From contig CAXXXD010000003.1 of the NCBI GenBank assembly GCA_963663385.2, forward strand, positions 1,536,001-1,600,000: DNA of 64,000 bases, given 5' to 3'. The position numbers and the translations under genes were made by a program. Below are positions 40,381 to 48,886 of the stretch, piece after piece (position 1 is the stretch's first letter; each line of letters opens with the position of its first letter). Source of the DNA: Oceanispirochaeta sp. (GTDB lineage Bacteria; Spirochaetota; Spirochaetia; DSM-2461). The notes below the pieces were generated by a model, which was given only the letters and a program-made list of their open reading frames with translations, was not told where the DNA came from and ran no database searches.

Positions 40381-42479
40381 CAGTTAACTTCCTTCCGGGC
40401 CAGAATGGATATTCTGTTAACATCCAGAATCAGTGCAACAGATCCGTCGCCTAGAATTGTAGCGCCGGTTATATAGCTTACACCCTTATAGAGTTTGCCC
40501 ATATTTTTAATAACAGTCTGATGATCCCCTATAACCTCATCCACCACCAGACCGGCCAGATTATTCTCGGTCTGAACCATAACCACATGCTCCCTCTGGG
40601 GAAGTTCACTGTCATCCAGAAAAATCTCCCTCAAGCGGATATAGGGAATCATTGAGTCCCTGTATTCCATCAAACGTTTTTTACCGTGTTTCGCACGGTC
40701 TTCACTGGTCAGTTCCAGACAGGCCTGAACGGCTGAAAGGGGAAAAACATATTTATCATCTCCGATACGGACGAGGAGACCTTCGATGATAGCCAGGGTG
40801 AAGGGAAGATTCAAAGAGAAGACAGTTCCTTCACCCGGTTTACTGTCGATAGAAATCAGACCGCCCAGCGCATCGATCTGTCTTTTAACAACATCCATGC
40901 CAACGCCCCTTCCGGAAACACTGGTTACATTGACAGCCGTGGAAAAACCGGGCATAAAAATCAGATCAAAAATCTCTTCATCACTCAGGTCGGCATCCGG
41001 TGAAACAAGCCCTTTTTCAATACCCTTTTTCAGAATCGCATTTTTATCCAGCCCCTTGCCGTCATCCCGAATCTTAAGGATAACATTGGCACCGGAATAT
41101 TTCGCTTCAAGGGTAATGGTACCGCTCGCCCCTTTTCCTTTTTCTTCCCGTACGGAAGGGGCTTCTATTCCATGATCAATGGAATTCCTGATAAGGTGAA
41201 TCAGGGGATCATTCAATTTTTCAATAACATTTTTATCCAGCTCTGTCTCACCTCCCAGAGTTACCAGCTGAATCCGTTTATCCAGGGAGGAAGAGAGATC
41301 TCTGACCAGCCTTTTAAACCGGGAAAATGTCGTGCCGATAGGAACCATTCTTAAACTCATGGTATTGTCCCGCAGATCAGAAGTCAGTCTTTCTATCTGT
41401 TCCGCCAACGAAGAGAGAGAGGATTTCTTTATCTGTGTAGCCAGCTGGGAAAGGCGGGCCTGAGCTGTTACGAGCTCTCCAACCGAATCCACCAGATTAT
41501 CCAGTTTTTCACTTTTAACCCTGATGGAACTGGAACCTGAATCACTCATGGTCTGTTTCAGGGTTTTGGTAATTTTCTGCTCTTCCAGGGCTGATTTGAT
41601 TTCGGCATCGCTGACCAGGCCTTTTTCAATCAGGACTTCTCCCATTTTTTTACGGGAATTGAGGACATCCTCCAGCTGTTCATTGCTGACCAGCCCCTTC
41701 TCCATCAGGATTTCTCCCAACTTCTTACCGCTGCCCGGATTGATGATGTCATGCCAGTCGGCAACAATCGAAACATCCACAGAGGAGGAAGAATCCAGAA
41801 AGATAAAGACATCTTTAATCTCATCAATACTATACTCAGAGATAAGAAAGATTTCCCACCTTATATAGGATTTATGAGGATTGTACTCCTCCAGCAGGGG
41901 TATTTTATCCGGATGACAAACGCTGTGATACTCCCCCAGGGATTCAAGTTCCTTCAAAAGAAGCAGAGGATTCGTACCGCTCAGGAAAATATCTTCGGAG
42001 GGTCTGAAATCGATCCTGTAGGTATTGAGGGTTTTATCATCAGCTTTGGTTTTCTCTGATTCTCTTCCTGCCTTGATATTTGATGCAGGAACGGATTCGA
42101 CACCAGCCAGTCTATTCAATTTTCCTACAATATCATTGGAAATTTCCTGAAACTCCGGGGTACTGTCCGATTCCGCTCCCAACATACTGGTTATATGGTC
42201 ACGACTTAACAAAGTCAGATCAATCAACTCTTTTGAAACTTTCATGTTTCCTTCCCGGACGCCGTCCAGGATTGTTTCAACTGAGTGGGTAAAACTGGAG
42301 ATTCCGTTAAAATCGAACATTGAGGCAGAGCCTTTAATTGTATGTATCGATCTGAAAACGGCTGCTATGGTTTCAGGATCATCGGGTCTATCTTCCATCT
42401 CCATAAGAAGATCTTCCAGATTCCCCAGTAGTTCGTATGCTTCTTCTTTAAAAGTTTCCTTGAACTGATTCTGATTCAT
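40380..42479 (-). CDS. cheA: Chemotaxis histidine kinase CheA
   Basis: FRSIHTIKG (P1), HLIRNSIDHG, DDGKGL, GFSTA...SGRGVGMDVVK, C-terminal CheW domain; ATG 42479 preferred. Confidence 0.96.
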   Translation of the reverse strand: MNQNQFKETFKEEAYELLGNLEDLLMEMEDRPDDPETIAAVFRSIHTIKGSASMFDFNGISSFTHSVETILDGVREGNMKVSKELIDLTLLSRDHITSMLGAESDSTPEFQEISNDIVGKLNRLAGVESVPASNIKAGRESEKTKADDKTLNTYRIDFRPSEDIFLSGTNPLLLLKELESLGEYHSVCHPDKIPLLEEYNPHKSYIRWEIFLISEYSIDEIKDVFIFLDSSSSVDVSIVADWHDIINPGSGKKLGEILMEKGLVSNEQLEDVLNSRKKMGEVLIEKGLVSDAEIKSALEEQKITKTLKQTMSDSGSSSIRVKSEKLDNLVDSVGELVTAQARLSQLATQIKKSSLSSLAEQIERLTSDLRDNTMSLRMVPIGTTFSRFKRLVRDLSSSLDKRIQLVTLGGETELDKNVIEKLNDPLIHLIRNSIDHGIEAPSVREEKGKGASGTITLEAKYSGANVILKIRDDGKGLDKNAILKKGIEKGLVSPDADLSDEEIFDLIFMPGFSTAVNVTSVSGRGVGMDVVKRQIDALGGLISIDSKPGEGTVFSLNLPFTLAIIEGLLVRIGDDKYVFPLSAVQACLELTSEDRAKHGKKRLMEYRDSMIPYIRLREIFLDDSELPQREHVVMVQTENNLAGLVVDEVIGDHQTVIKNMGKLYKGVSYITGATILGDGSVALILDVNRISILARKEVN

Positions 42480-42486
42480 TATAAAC

Positions 42487-42765
42487 CTACTTTTCAATCA
42501 ATGATGAAAAATCGCAAAGTACAAACCGTTCCCTTACGGGAGAGCTGATATTAACGATTTCCATGGATCGCCCGTTATCCAGACAGGACTTATTCAAACT
42601 GTACAGCAGCTGAAGCGCTGCAAAATCAATATCTGTGACTTCTGAGAAATCCAGTTGTATGTTGCTTTTTTCATCAACAGCCTTCAACAGATCAGTATGA
42701 AGAGATTCCACCTTTTGAATATTCAGATTCCCGTCAAGCTTTACTTTCTCTTTTTTCGGAGGCAT
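42487..42765 (-). CDS. STAS-domain protein
   Basis: 92 aa; LDGNLNI...LDFSEVTDIDFAALQLL. Confidence 0.85.
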   Translation of the reverse strand: MPPKKEKVKLDGNLNIQKVESLHTDLLKAVDEKSNIQLDFSEVTDIDFAALQLLYSLNKSCLDNGRSMEIVNISSPVRERFVLCDFSSLIEK

Positions 42766-42767
42766 AT

Positions 42768-43133
42768 CTACTCTCCAATGACTTTTTTAATAACAGCCAG
42801 AACTTTATCGCTGTCAAAGGGTTTAACGATCCAACCGGTTGCCCCCAGGGATTTCCCTTTTTCCATAATGGATTGTTGAGATTCCGTAGTAAGAACAAGG
42901 ATGGGCGTAAATTTATGGCGGTCTGTTTTTCTGAGCGCCTCAATCAGACCAAGCCCGTCAAGATTAGGCATATTAACATCGGTAATAACCAGATCTGCGT
43001 CTGTATTCACAAGGATATCAAGAGCTTCCTTTCCATCGGCCCCTTCAATAACATTGTATCCGCCTTCCTTAAGAAAAAACTTCAGGCTTTCTCTAACTGT
43101 GCGGGAATCATCCACTATCATTATTGTTTTCAT
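42768..43133 (-). CDS. cheY: Chemotaxis response regulator CheY
   Basis: IVDDS, ITDVNMPNLDG, LTTES, GATGWIVKPF. Confidence 0.93.
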   Translation of the reverse strand: MKTIMIVDDSRTVRESLKFFLKEGGYNVIEGADGKEALDILVNTDADLVITDVNMPNLDGLGLIEALRKTDRHKFTPILVLTTESQQSIMEKGKSLGATGWIVKPFDSDKVLAVIKKVIGE

Positions 43134-43171
43134 TCGTTACTCCTGAAATATAGTTACTCTATTCTTTCTGT

Positions 43172-43657
43172 TTATTCAGCTATTTTTTCCTGCCCGGCTA
43201 CCATAGTAACCTCATTTACAGTCAGTACTTTATCAATATCCAGAACAATCAGAAACTCCTCATCCTTCCGGCCCATGCCCTTAATAAAGGCCGTATCTAT
43301 TTTTGTACCGATATAAGGGGTGGGTTCTATCTCTTCATCGTTCATTTCGATAACTTCTTTTACCGAATCCGTCAGCAGCCCCATGGTAACGGATTCATCA
43401 TCCAGCAGAACCTCTGTTACAATGATGCTGGTATCGATATCCTTAAGGGTTTCTCCCAGTCCGAATTTCAATTTAAGATCGATAACAGGAACGACGCTGC
43501 CCCGGAGATTGATAATCCCCCTCATAAAATCGGGCATCCTGGGAACTTTCGAAATAGTAGTGAATTCCTGAACCTCTTTTACATTAAGTACATTTAAAGC
43601 ATATGTTTCTTCATCAATTGTAAAAGTCAGGTACTGAGTTGTATTGCTGTCATCCAT
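43172..43657 (-). CDS. cheW: Chemotaxis coupling protein CheW
   Basis: QYLTF, GIINLRGSVVPVIDL, GLLTDSVKEV. Confidence 0.95.
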   Translation of the reverse strand: MDDSNTTQYLTFTIDEETYALNVLNVKEVQEFTTISKVPRMPDFMRGIINLRGSVVPVIDLKLKFGLGETLKDIDTSIIVTEVLLDDESVTMGLLTDSVKEVIEMNDEEIEPTPYIGTKIDTAFIKGMGRKDEEFLIVLDIDKVLTVNEVTMVAGQEKIAE

Positions 43658-43724
43658 GAAGTTCTCCTCAAATATTCCAATTTATAAATAATTCTAGACT
43701 CAATTCAATAGCAATTCCAATAAA

Positions 43725-44318
43725 TTAAAACAATACAATATCATTACTGTCTTTTTTAATGATAAATGAATCTTCGTATTTTTTCTCATCCTTGGCAATA
43801 TGGCGGATATTCCTTGCAGATTTCAGCTTCTTTACCAGAACCCGGCCCTCTTTCGGGAAAAAAAGAATTTTCCTCCCCAAGGAACCTCCTGTATCGGATG
43901 AGAGTACCGGGATTTCTTCATTTTCAAGGAATTTCAAGGCGAAAAGGATATTCATTTGACCAATGCCTTTCCCATCCTCTTTCATTTCAAACATATCGCT
44001 TCCGCCGAATACCTTGGCTTTCAGATTAATCTTCCGGGACCCCATTTTTAACAGACTGTTTATCAGGATTTCCATGGCGTAAACACCATAACGGGTCTCG
44101 TCTTTAAGGAGCAACTGAGTATCCCTAAGGGATACATCCGTTTCCGGCAGGAGAAAATGATTCATCCCGCCCCAGTGATTCATCGTGTCAAAAAGTGTTA
44201 CTGAAACACAGGATCCTAATACTGTAGAGATAATTACATCTTCCTGACTGGCCATATATTCACCTGGATGAAGGGTGACATTCTTCAGGTTGAATCTATG
44301 ATAAAAACTATGGTACAT
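43725..44318 (-). CDS. cheD: Chemoreceptor glutamine deamidase CheD
   Basis: TVLGSCVSV, GMNHFLLP, RYGVYAMEIL, AKVFGG, DTGGSLGRKI. Confidence 0.93.
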   Translation of the reverse strand: MYHSFYHRFNLKNVTLHPGEYMASQEDVIISTVLGSCVSVTLFDTMNHWGGMNHFLLPETDVSLRDTQLLLKDETRYGVYAMEILINSLLKMGSRKINLKAKVFGGSDMFEMKEDGKGIGQMNILFALKFLENEEIPVLSSDTGGSLGRKILFFPKEGRVLVKKLKSARNIRHIAKDEKKYEDSFIIKKDSNDIVLF

Positions 44319-44322
44319 CGAA

Positions 44323-44664
44323 TTAACCGGAATACTTCATAACAGCGGGGTCTTTAAAGAATTCCCTTACACTCTCCTGCAGTTCAGGGATATGTTCATC
44401 AAAGTAATAACCGTTTCCGCTCTGCTTCATTTCCAGCTCCATTTCAGCAGCAATGCGATGTATGGAAACAGCCCCTATACAACCGGCGATTCCTTTGATT
44501 TTATGGAGGAATTCAGCGCTTGCCTGAATTTGTTCGTTACTCCTTTCCTCCCGGGTTTTTTTCAGAAACTCCGGGATATCCTGAATAGCCATTTGAAGCA
44601 GTTCAGTAGAAAGGGAAACATCGTTTTCCGTGTATTTCAGAAGATCATTTTCGTTAAATATCAT
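44323..44664 (-). CDS. Stand-alone Hpt-domain protein
   Basis: 113 aa helical protein; LHKIKGIAGCIGA phospho-His motif. Confidence 0.85.
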   Translation of the reverse strand: MIFNENDLLKYTENDVSLSTELLQMAIQDIPEFLKKTREERSNEQIQASAEFLHKIKGIAGCIGAVSIHRIAAEMELEMKQSGNGYYFDEHIPELQESVREFFKDPAVMKYSG

Positions 44665-44727
44665 TATTCTATCCGGATAAAAACTGGGATTATATTAGAA
44701 TTGTACTCCTTTTTAATAGGGGTGCAA

Positions 44728-46521
44728 CTATTTTTTCTTATTGAAAGCATCCTGGAACTCTTCCCAGGCCTTATTTCTTTGTTTTAAATTGTACATATGG
44801 GAGCGATCCACATTCTGTTTCCTGCGGTAGGGTTTAGTGGAAGGAACATCATACTTCCTGCGGTAGGGAGGATTCTCTTTCGTTTTTGTACCTGCTGCAC
44901 CATAGAGAGCTTCCTGCCGACTCTTACGCAATTCGACAACCTTTTCACTTAATTGTTCATTCTCATCGGCAATTCCGGTATACTGGCTGACAAAGCTCTC
45001 GTATTTTCCGGATATTCTAAGCATAAACCGTTTCCACCAGGAGAGATAGCTGTAGGATTCGTTAAAAATATCGAGAAGATAGAGATTCAGAAGATAATCG
45101 GCATCTTTAAACCGGATCATACCGTCATCAAAAAAATTATTCATAAAATCTTTTATTTTATTTACATCTCTCACTTTTTTGAGGTCTTTAAAATAGTGAA
45201 CGATACCTTCAGAAACAATTTTCGGCTTATTAAGAAATTCAAAGAGAATGGGAGAGTTCTTACTTATCTGTTCCATCACATCATCCTTGAAGCTGTCCCT
45301 TGTGTAAAAAACCGTAATTTTATCCTTATTCTTTGTACGGAGCATTCGCTCCATCAGTTCCACATAGTAGAATTTCAGATCCTTGGACTGTATGGACAGC
45401 TCAGCTCTGAAGTAGGGATAAACATGGTCCCGATGGAGATATTTATCAGCAATATATAAAATTACGGGAAGGCCAATTTTCTGGTGAACCTTTACAACCG
45501 TTTCGTAAAAAAGGTCTTTGAAGCCGGACCATTTCTTTTCATAGGGTGTCAATAAGTCCAGTAGTTCCTCGGGAGTGGTAAGAAAATTCTCCTTTTTCAG
45601 GATCTCCAGGCAGATCTCTTCAATAACTAACTGTTTTTCCTTGCTTTCCTCCCTTTCTTTCTCCTCCTCTGTTTCCGCATTAACCAGGTAGAACTGAAGG
45701 ATCTCGGAAGACTGCATAACCGATGGACTTATATGCTTGATCCGCAAAAGGATATCATCTTTATTCCTGATTATCTCCGCAGACATTTTTTTCCAGAAAC
45801 CCTGATCCCTGGAAAACTGTTTTTTCTGGATATCACTGATTTTCAGATCCATATAACGGGAAACCGTGGACAGGAAAGTAGGGTTTTTCAGAGCATTTTT
45901 AATTCGGTTATAACAGATTTCAACTATGTACTCCATCGAATGGGAGGTAAAAAGCATAGTCCCGCCGGATTTAAGGGGCATTGTAAAAATTTTATCGTTT
46001 TCTTTCAGTTTCTGCACATATTGTGGACTGAGCACATCGGGATACTGGGTTTCCACCAGATCAAAGGGGATGCGGAAATTCATTTTTTCCATCTCTTCAA
46101 GGGAAATAAATCCTCTGCTGTCATCCAGCATCAGCCTCTGAATTTCATCTTCTATCAGATGCTTATAGAAATCCCTGGAATCCCTGTTGGTTATAATAAT
46201 CCTGTCAGGCTTCAACTCACCCTGATCATTCCTGAATTTTAAAAGGCCATAATGGGCGTTACGGATTTTCTTCATCAGGACTTCAATCTGATTGTTGGCA
46301 AACAGAATATCCTTTCCTGCATGAAGAACAAACCTGTTGTAATCCAGCATAGTATCGTAGAAATCACAGATTCGATGAAAGATCCGCCGCTGTTCCTGAG
46401 TAAAGCTCCCCACCTGGGAAAGAAACTCTTCTCTCTGGGACAGATCCATCTGAAAAACCGTTGGCAGATTGGATGCCCCCTCGTCCTTCTGTTCCTCTAC
46501 TGCATTTTCCTCTTCGTTCAT
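44728..46521 (-). CDS. Hypothetical protein (597 aa, cytoplasmic, helical)
   Basis: Long ORF with no recognisable motif; ATGA-coupled to the upstream small ORF. Confidence 0.75.
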   Translation of the reverse strand: MNEEENAVEEQKDEGASNLPTVFQMDLSQREEFLSQVGSFTQEQRRIFHRICDFYDTMLDYNRFVLHAGKDILFANNQIEVLMKKIRNAHYGLLKFRNDQGELKPDRIIITNRDSRDFYKHLIEDEIQRLMLDDSRGFISLEEMEKMNFRIPFDLVETQYPDVLSPQYVQKLKENDKIFTMPLKSGGTMLFTSHSMEYIVEICYNRIKNALKNPTFLSTVSRYMDLKISDIQKKQFSRDQGFWKKMSAEIIRNKDDILLRIKHISPSVMQSSEILQFYLVNAETEEEKEREESKEKQLVIEEICLEILKKENFLTTPEELLDLLTPYEKKWSGFKDLFYETVVKVHQKIGLPVILYIADKYLHRDHVYPYFRAELSIQSKDLKFYYVELMERMLRTKNKDKITVFYTRDSFKDDVMEQISKNSPILFEFLNKPKIVSEGIVHYFKDLKKVRDVNKIKDFMNNFFDDGMIRFKDADYLLNLYLLDIFNESYSYLSWWKRFMLRISGKYESFVSQYTGIADENEQLSEKVVELRKSRQEALYGAAGTKTKENPPYRRKYDVPSTKPYRRKQNVDRSHMYNLKQRNKAWEEFQDAFNKKK

Positions 46522-46655
46522 TTCTGCTTTGTGTCCTGTCTTTCATCCTCAAATTTCTTTAATCTCCTGTTGGAGACCATTCTCATCAGGCTTCTCAGGA
46601 TAACGGAGACACCCACAATAAATAGAAGGGATGAAAGGATTCGTCTAAGTACCAT
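46518..46655 (-). CDS. Small 45-aa single-TM protein (below the ORF track cut-off)
   Basis: MVLRRILSSLLFIVGVSVILRSLMRMVSNRRLKKFEDERQDTKQK; its TGA overlaps the ATG of the next gene (ATGA). Confidence 0.55.
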   Translation of the reverse strand: MVLRRILSSLLFIVGVSVILRSLMRMVSNRRLKKFEDERQDTKQK

Positions 46656-46699
46656 AATTTATTTTACACACAGTTTTTTTTTATTTCAAACAAAAGAAT

Positions 46700-48886
46700 T
46701 TATCCCTTTTCCTTATGGGAGATAAACCAGCAACGGTGAGAGGCCCCCTTTCTGGCAAAATCAGGAGATCCCGTCCAGGAGGATTCCTCTGAGATAGAAT
46801 ACTCTTTCTCCAGCGCAGGATCCATTTCAAATCGTCTGTAATTGTTGGAGAATATCAGGACCCCCTCTTTATTCAGGCAGTTCATAGCTTTGTGAATCAT
46901 ATCCGTATGATCTTCCTGCACCTGCATGACATTCTGCCGGGATTTTGAGTTGGAAAAAGTAGGGGGATCCATAAAAATCATATCAAAAGTATCTTTGCAT
47001 CCGCCCAGCCATTGCTGTACATCCTCCCTGATAAACCTGTGGTCATCCGGATTGAACTTGTTTAAAAGAAAGTTGTCCCGGGCCCATGTCAGATAGGTGG
47101 CTGAGGTATCCACCGATGAAACACGGGAGGCACCTCCGGCGGCAGCCATTACGCTGGCGGTTCCGGTATAGCAATACAAGTTCAGAAAAGTCTTTCCTTC
47201 CGAATGATCATGGATATATTTTCTCACATTCCTGTGATCCAGAAAAATTCCGGTATCGAGATAGTCTGAAAAATTCACCCAGAAACGGCAGTCTCCTTCA
47301 TTAATCAGATAACGGTCCCCCGCTCTTTCTGAGGATCCGTACTGGCTTTTCCCTCTCTGCCGTTTTCTCCGTTTGATGTATACCGCATTCTCCGGCAGAT
47401 TCAGCAGTGAGGAAAGGATGGCGACAGCCTGGTGAAGCCGCTTCCGGGCCCTGTTCTCATCAATGCCGGAGGGAGCGGCGTATTCCTGCACATGGATCCA
47501 TTTATCTTCATAGAAATCCACTGCAAAATTAAAATTGGGGAGGTCTGCATCATACAGCCTGTAACAGCTGATTCCCTCTCTCTTCTTCCATTTTCTGAAC
47601 TGCTTCAGATTCTTTTTCAGGCGATTCTGAAACTGCTCTGCTTCAGGTGTAAGCTGATCGGCCTCAAGGGATACCGGAACCGGTACGACAGGTGCTCCTT
47701 CTTCCCTGCTGCGGGATGAACTCCCGAAAAGGGTATAGTGGTAAAGGCTGCATTTAATCGGACCATTCATAATCCTGTTCTTCCGGTCTGCCTTCAGGCC
47801 GATGGAACGCAGGAGGCTCTCATCATCAGAAATAACTGACATATGCCAATCCTTCAAATCGGGATCCCTTGCAATATCCCCCAGGTTTCTGTAAAGAGAG
47901 TGAAGCATTCCCTTCTCGCCGATACGCTGACCGTAGGGGGGATTTGTAACCAGAAGACCGGGGGCAGATTTCATTTTTTCAGTCAGTCTGAAATCTTTCA
48001 AATCTTTTTTTTCAAGGTGTATAAGACCTTCCAGACCGGCTCGTTTGATATTCTGGAGGGCTGCGGCAATGGCGGTTTTATCATTATCGTATCCCACTAT
48101 TTGAGGAAGAGAGGAAATCCCCTCCTTCCACTTCTCCTCAGCTTTATCAAAAACAGTTTCCCAGAGGTCAGGATCGTGAGACAGCCAGTGAAAAAAACCG
48201 TAATCGGAACGGTGCATTCTGGGTGCTATGCCCACGGCCATAAAAGCCGCTTCAATAAGGAGGGTTCCGCTTCCGCACATGGGATCGATAAGGGTGCCCC
48301 CCTCTCCGGCAATCCGGGGCCATCCGGCCCGTGACAGAATGGCGGCAGCCGTATTCTCTCTCAATGCCGCTTTGGCAGCATCCAGTCTGTAACCGCGTTT
48401 ATGCAGCCCCTCTCCTGCCAGATCAAGGTAGAGAGTCCCTTCTTCGTTATGGATATGAACATGAACCGCAATATCGGGGTTATCCCGCTGTACATTGGGC
48501 CGGTCTCCGGTTTTATCACGCCAATAATCCACAAGACCGTCTTTACTCTTTAAAGAAGCCGACTTGGGTGGAATTTTCGATTTCCCGCTAACCGTACAGG
48601 AACAGGCAACCGTATTGCTGCAAAGCATAACAGTATCCCATTCAATTCCCCTTGCTGCGGTATAAACATCTTCCTGACTGTTGCATTCGAAATCCTGCAG
48701 ATGCAGGAGTATCCGGCTGGCCGAACGGCTCCAGAGAAGAAGAGTGTACAACTCCTCCAGAGTACATTCTGCCATATGCCCTCCGGGGCTTCTTTTCAGA
48801 ATCGATCCACCGGCCTGGAGGATTTCCTCTTCCAGGAGGTCCTCCAGATAGACAGGGCAGGTCGCAAATATTTTAAATTTCATCAT
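46700..48886 (-). CDS. rlmKL: Bifunctional 23S rRNA (G2445/G2069) methyltransferase RlmKL
   Basis: THUMP region, LHKRGYR, DPMCGSGT, TNPPYG; second MTase YRLYDAD, YLDTGIFLDHR, FLNLYCYTG, DPPTFSNSK. Confidence 0.94.
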   Translation of the reverse strand: MMKFKIFATCPVYLEDLLEEEILQAGGSILKRSPGGHMAECTLEELYTLLLWSRSASRILLHLQDFECNSQEDVYTAARGIEWDTVMLCSNTVACSCTVSGKSKIPPKSASLKSKDGLVDYWRDKTGDRPNVQRDNPDIAVHVHIHNEEGTLYLDLAGEGLHKRGYRLDAAKAALRENTAAAILSRAGWPRIAGEGGTLIDPMCGSGTLLIEAAFMAVGIAPRMHRSDYGFFHWLSHDPDLWETVFDKAEEKWKEGISSLPQIVGYDNDKTAIAAALQNIKRAGLEGLIHLEKKDLKDFRLTEKMKSAPGLLVTNPPYGQRIGEKGMLHSLYRNLGDIARDPDLKDWHMSVISDDESLLRSIGLKADRKNRIMNGPIKCSLYHYTLFGSSSRSREEGAPVVPVPVSLEADQLTPEAEQFQNRLKKNLKQFRKWKKREGISCYRLYDADLPNFNFAVDFYEDKWIHVQEYAAPSGIDENRARKRLHQAVAILSSLLNLPENAVYIKRRKRQRGKSQYGSSERAGDRYLINEGDCRFWVNFSDYLDTGIFLDHRNVRKYIHDHSEGKTFLNLYCYTGTASVMAAAGGASRVSSVDTSATYLTWARDNFLLNKFNPDDHRFIREDVQQWLGGCKDTFDMIFMDPPTFSNSKSRQNVMQVQEDHTDMIHKAMNCLNKEGVLIFSNNYRRFEMDPALEKEYSISEESSWTGSPDFARKGASHRCWFISHKEKG

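Noticed and set aside
44819..44868. 14-bp direct repeat TTCCTGCGGTAGGG
   Set aside because: Intragenic duplication encoding PYRRK twice in a low-complexity tail; no evidence for a DNA-level function.
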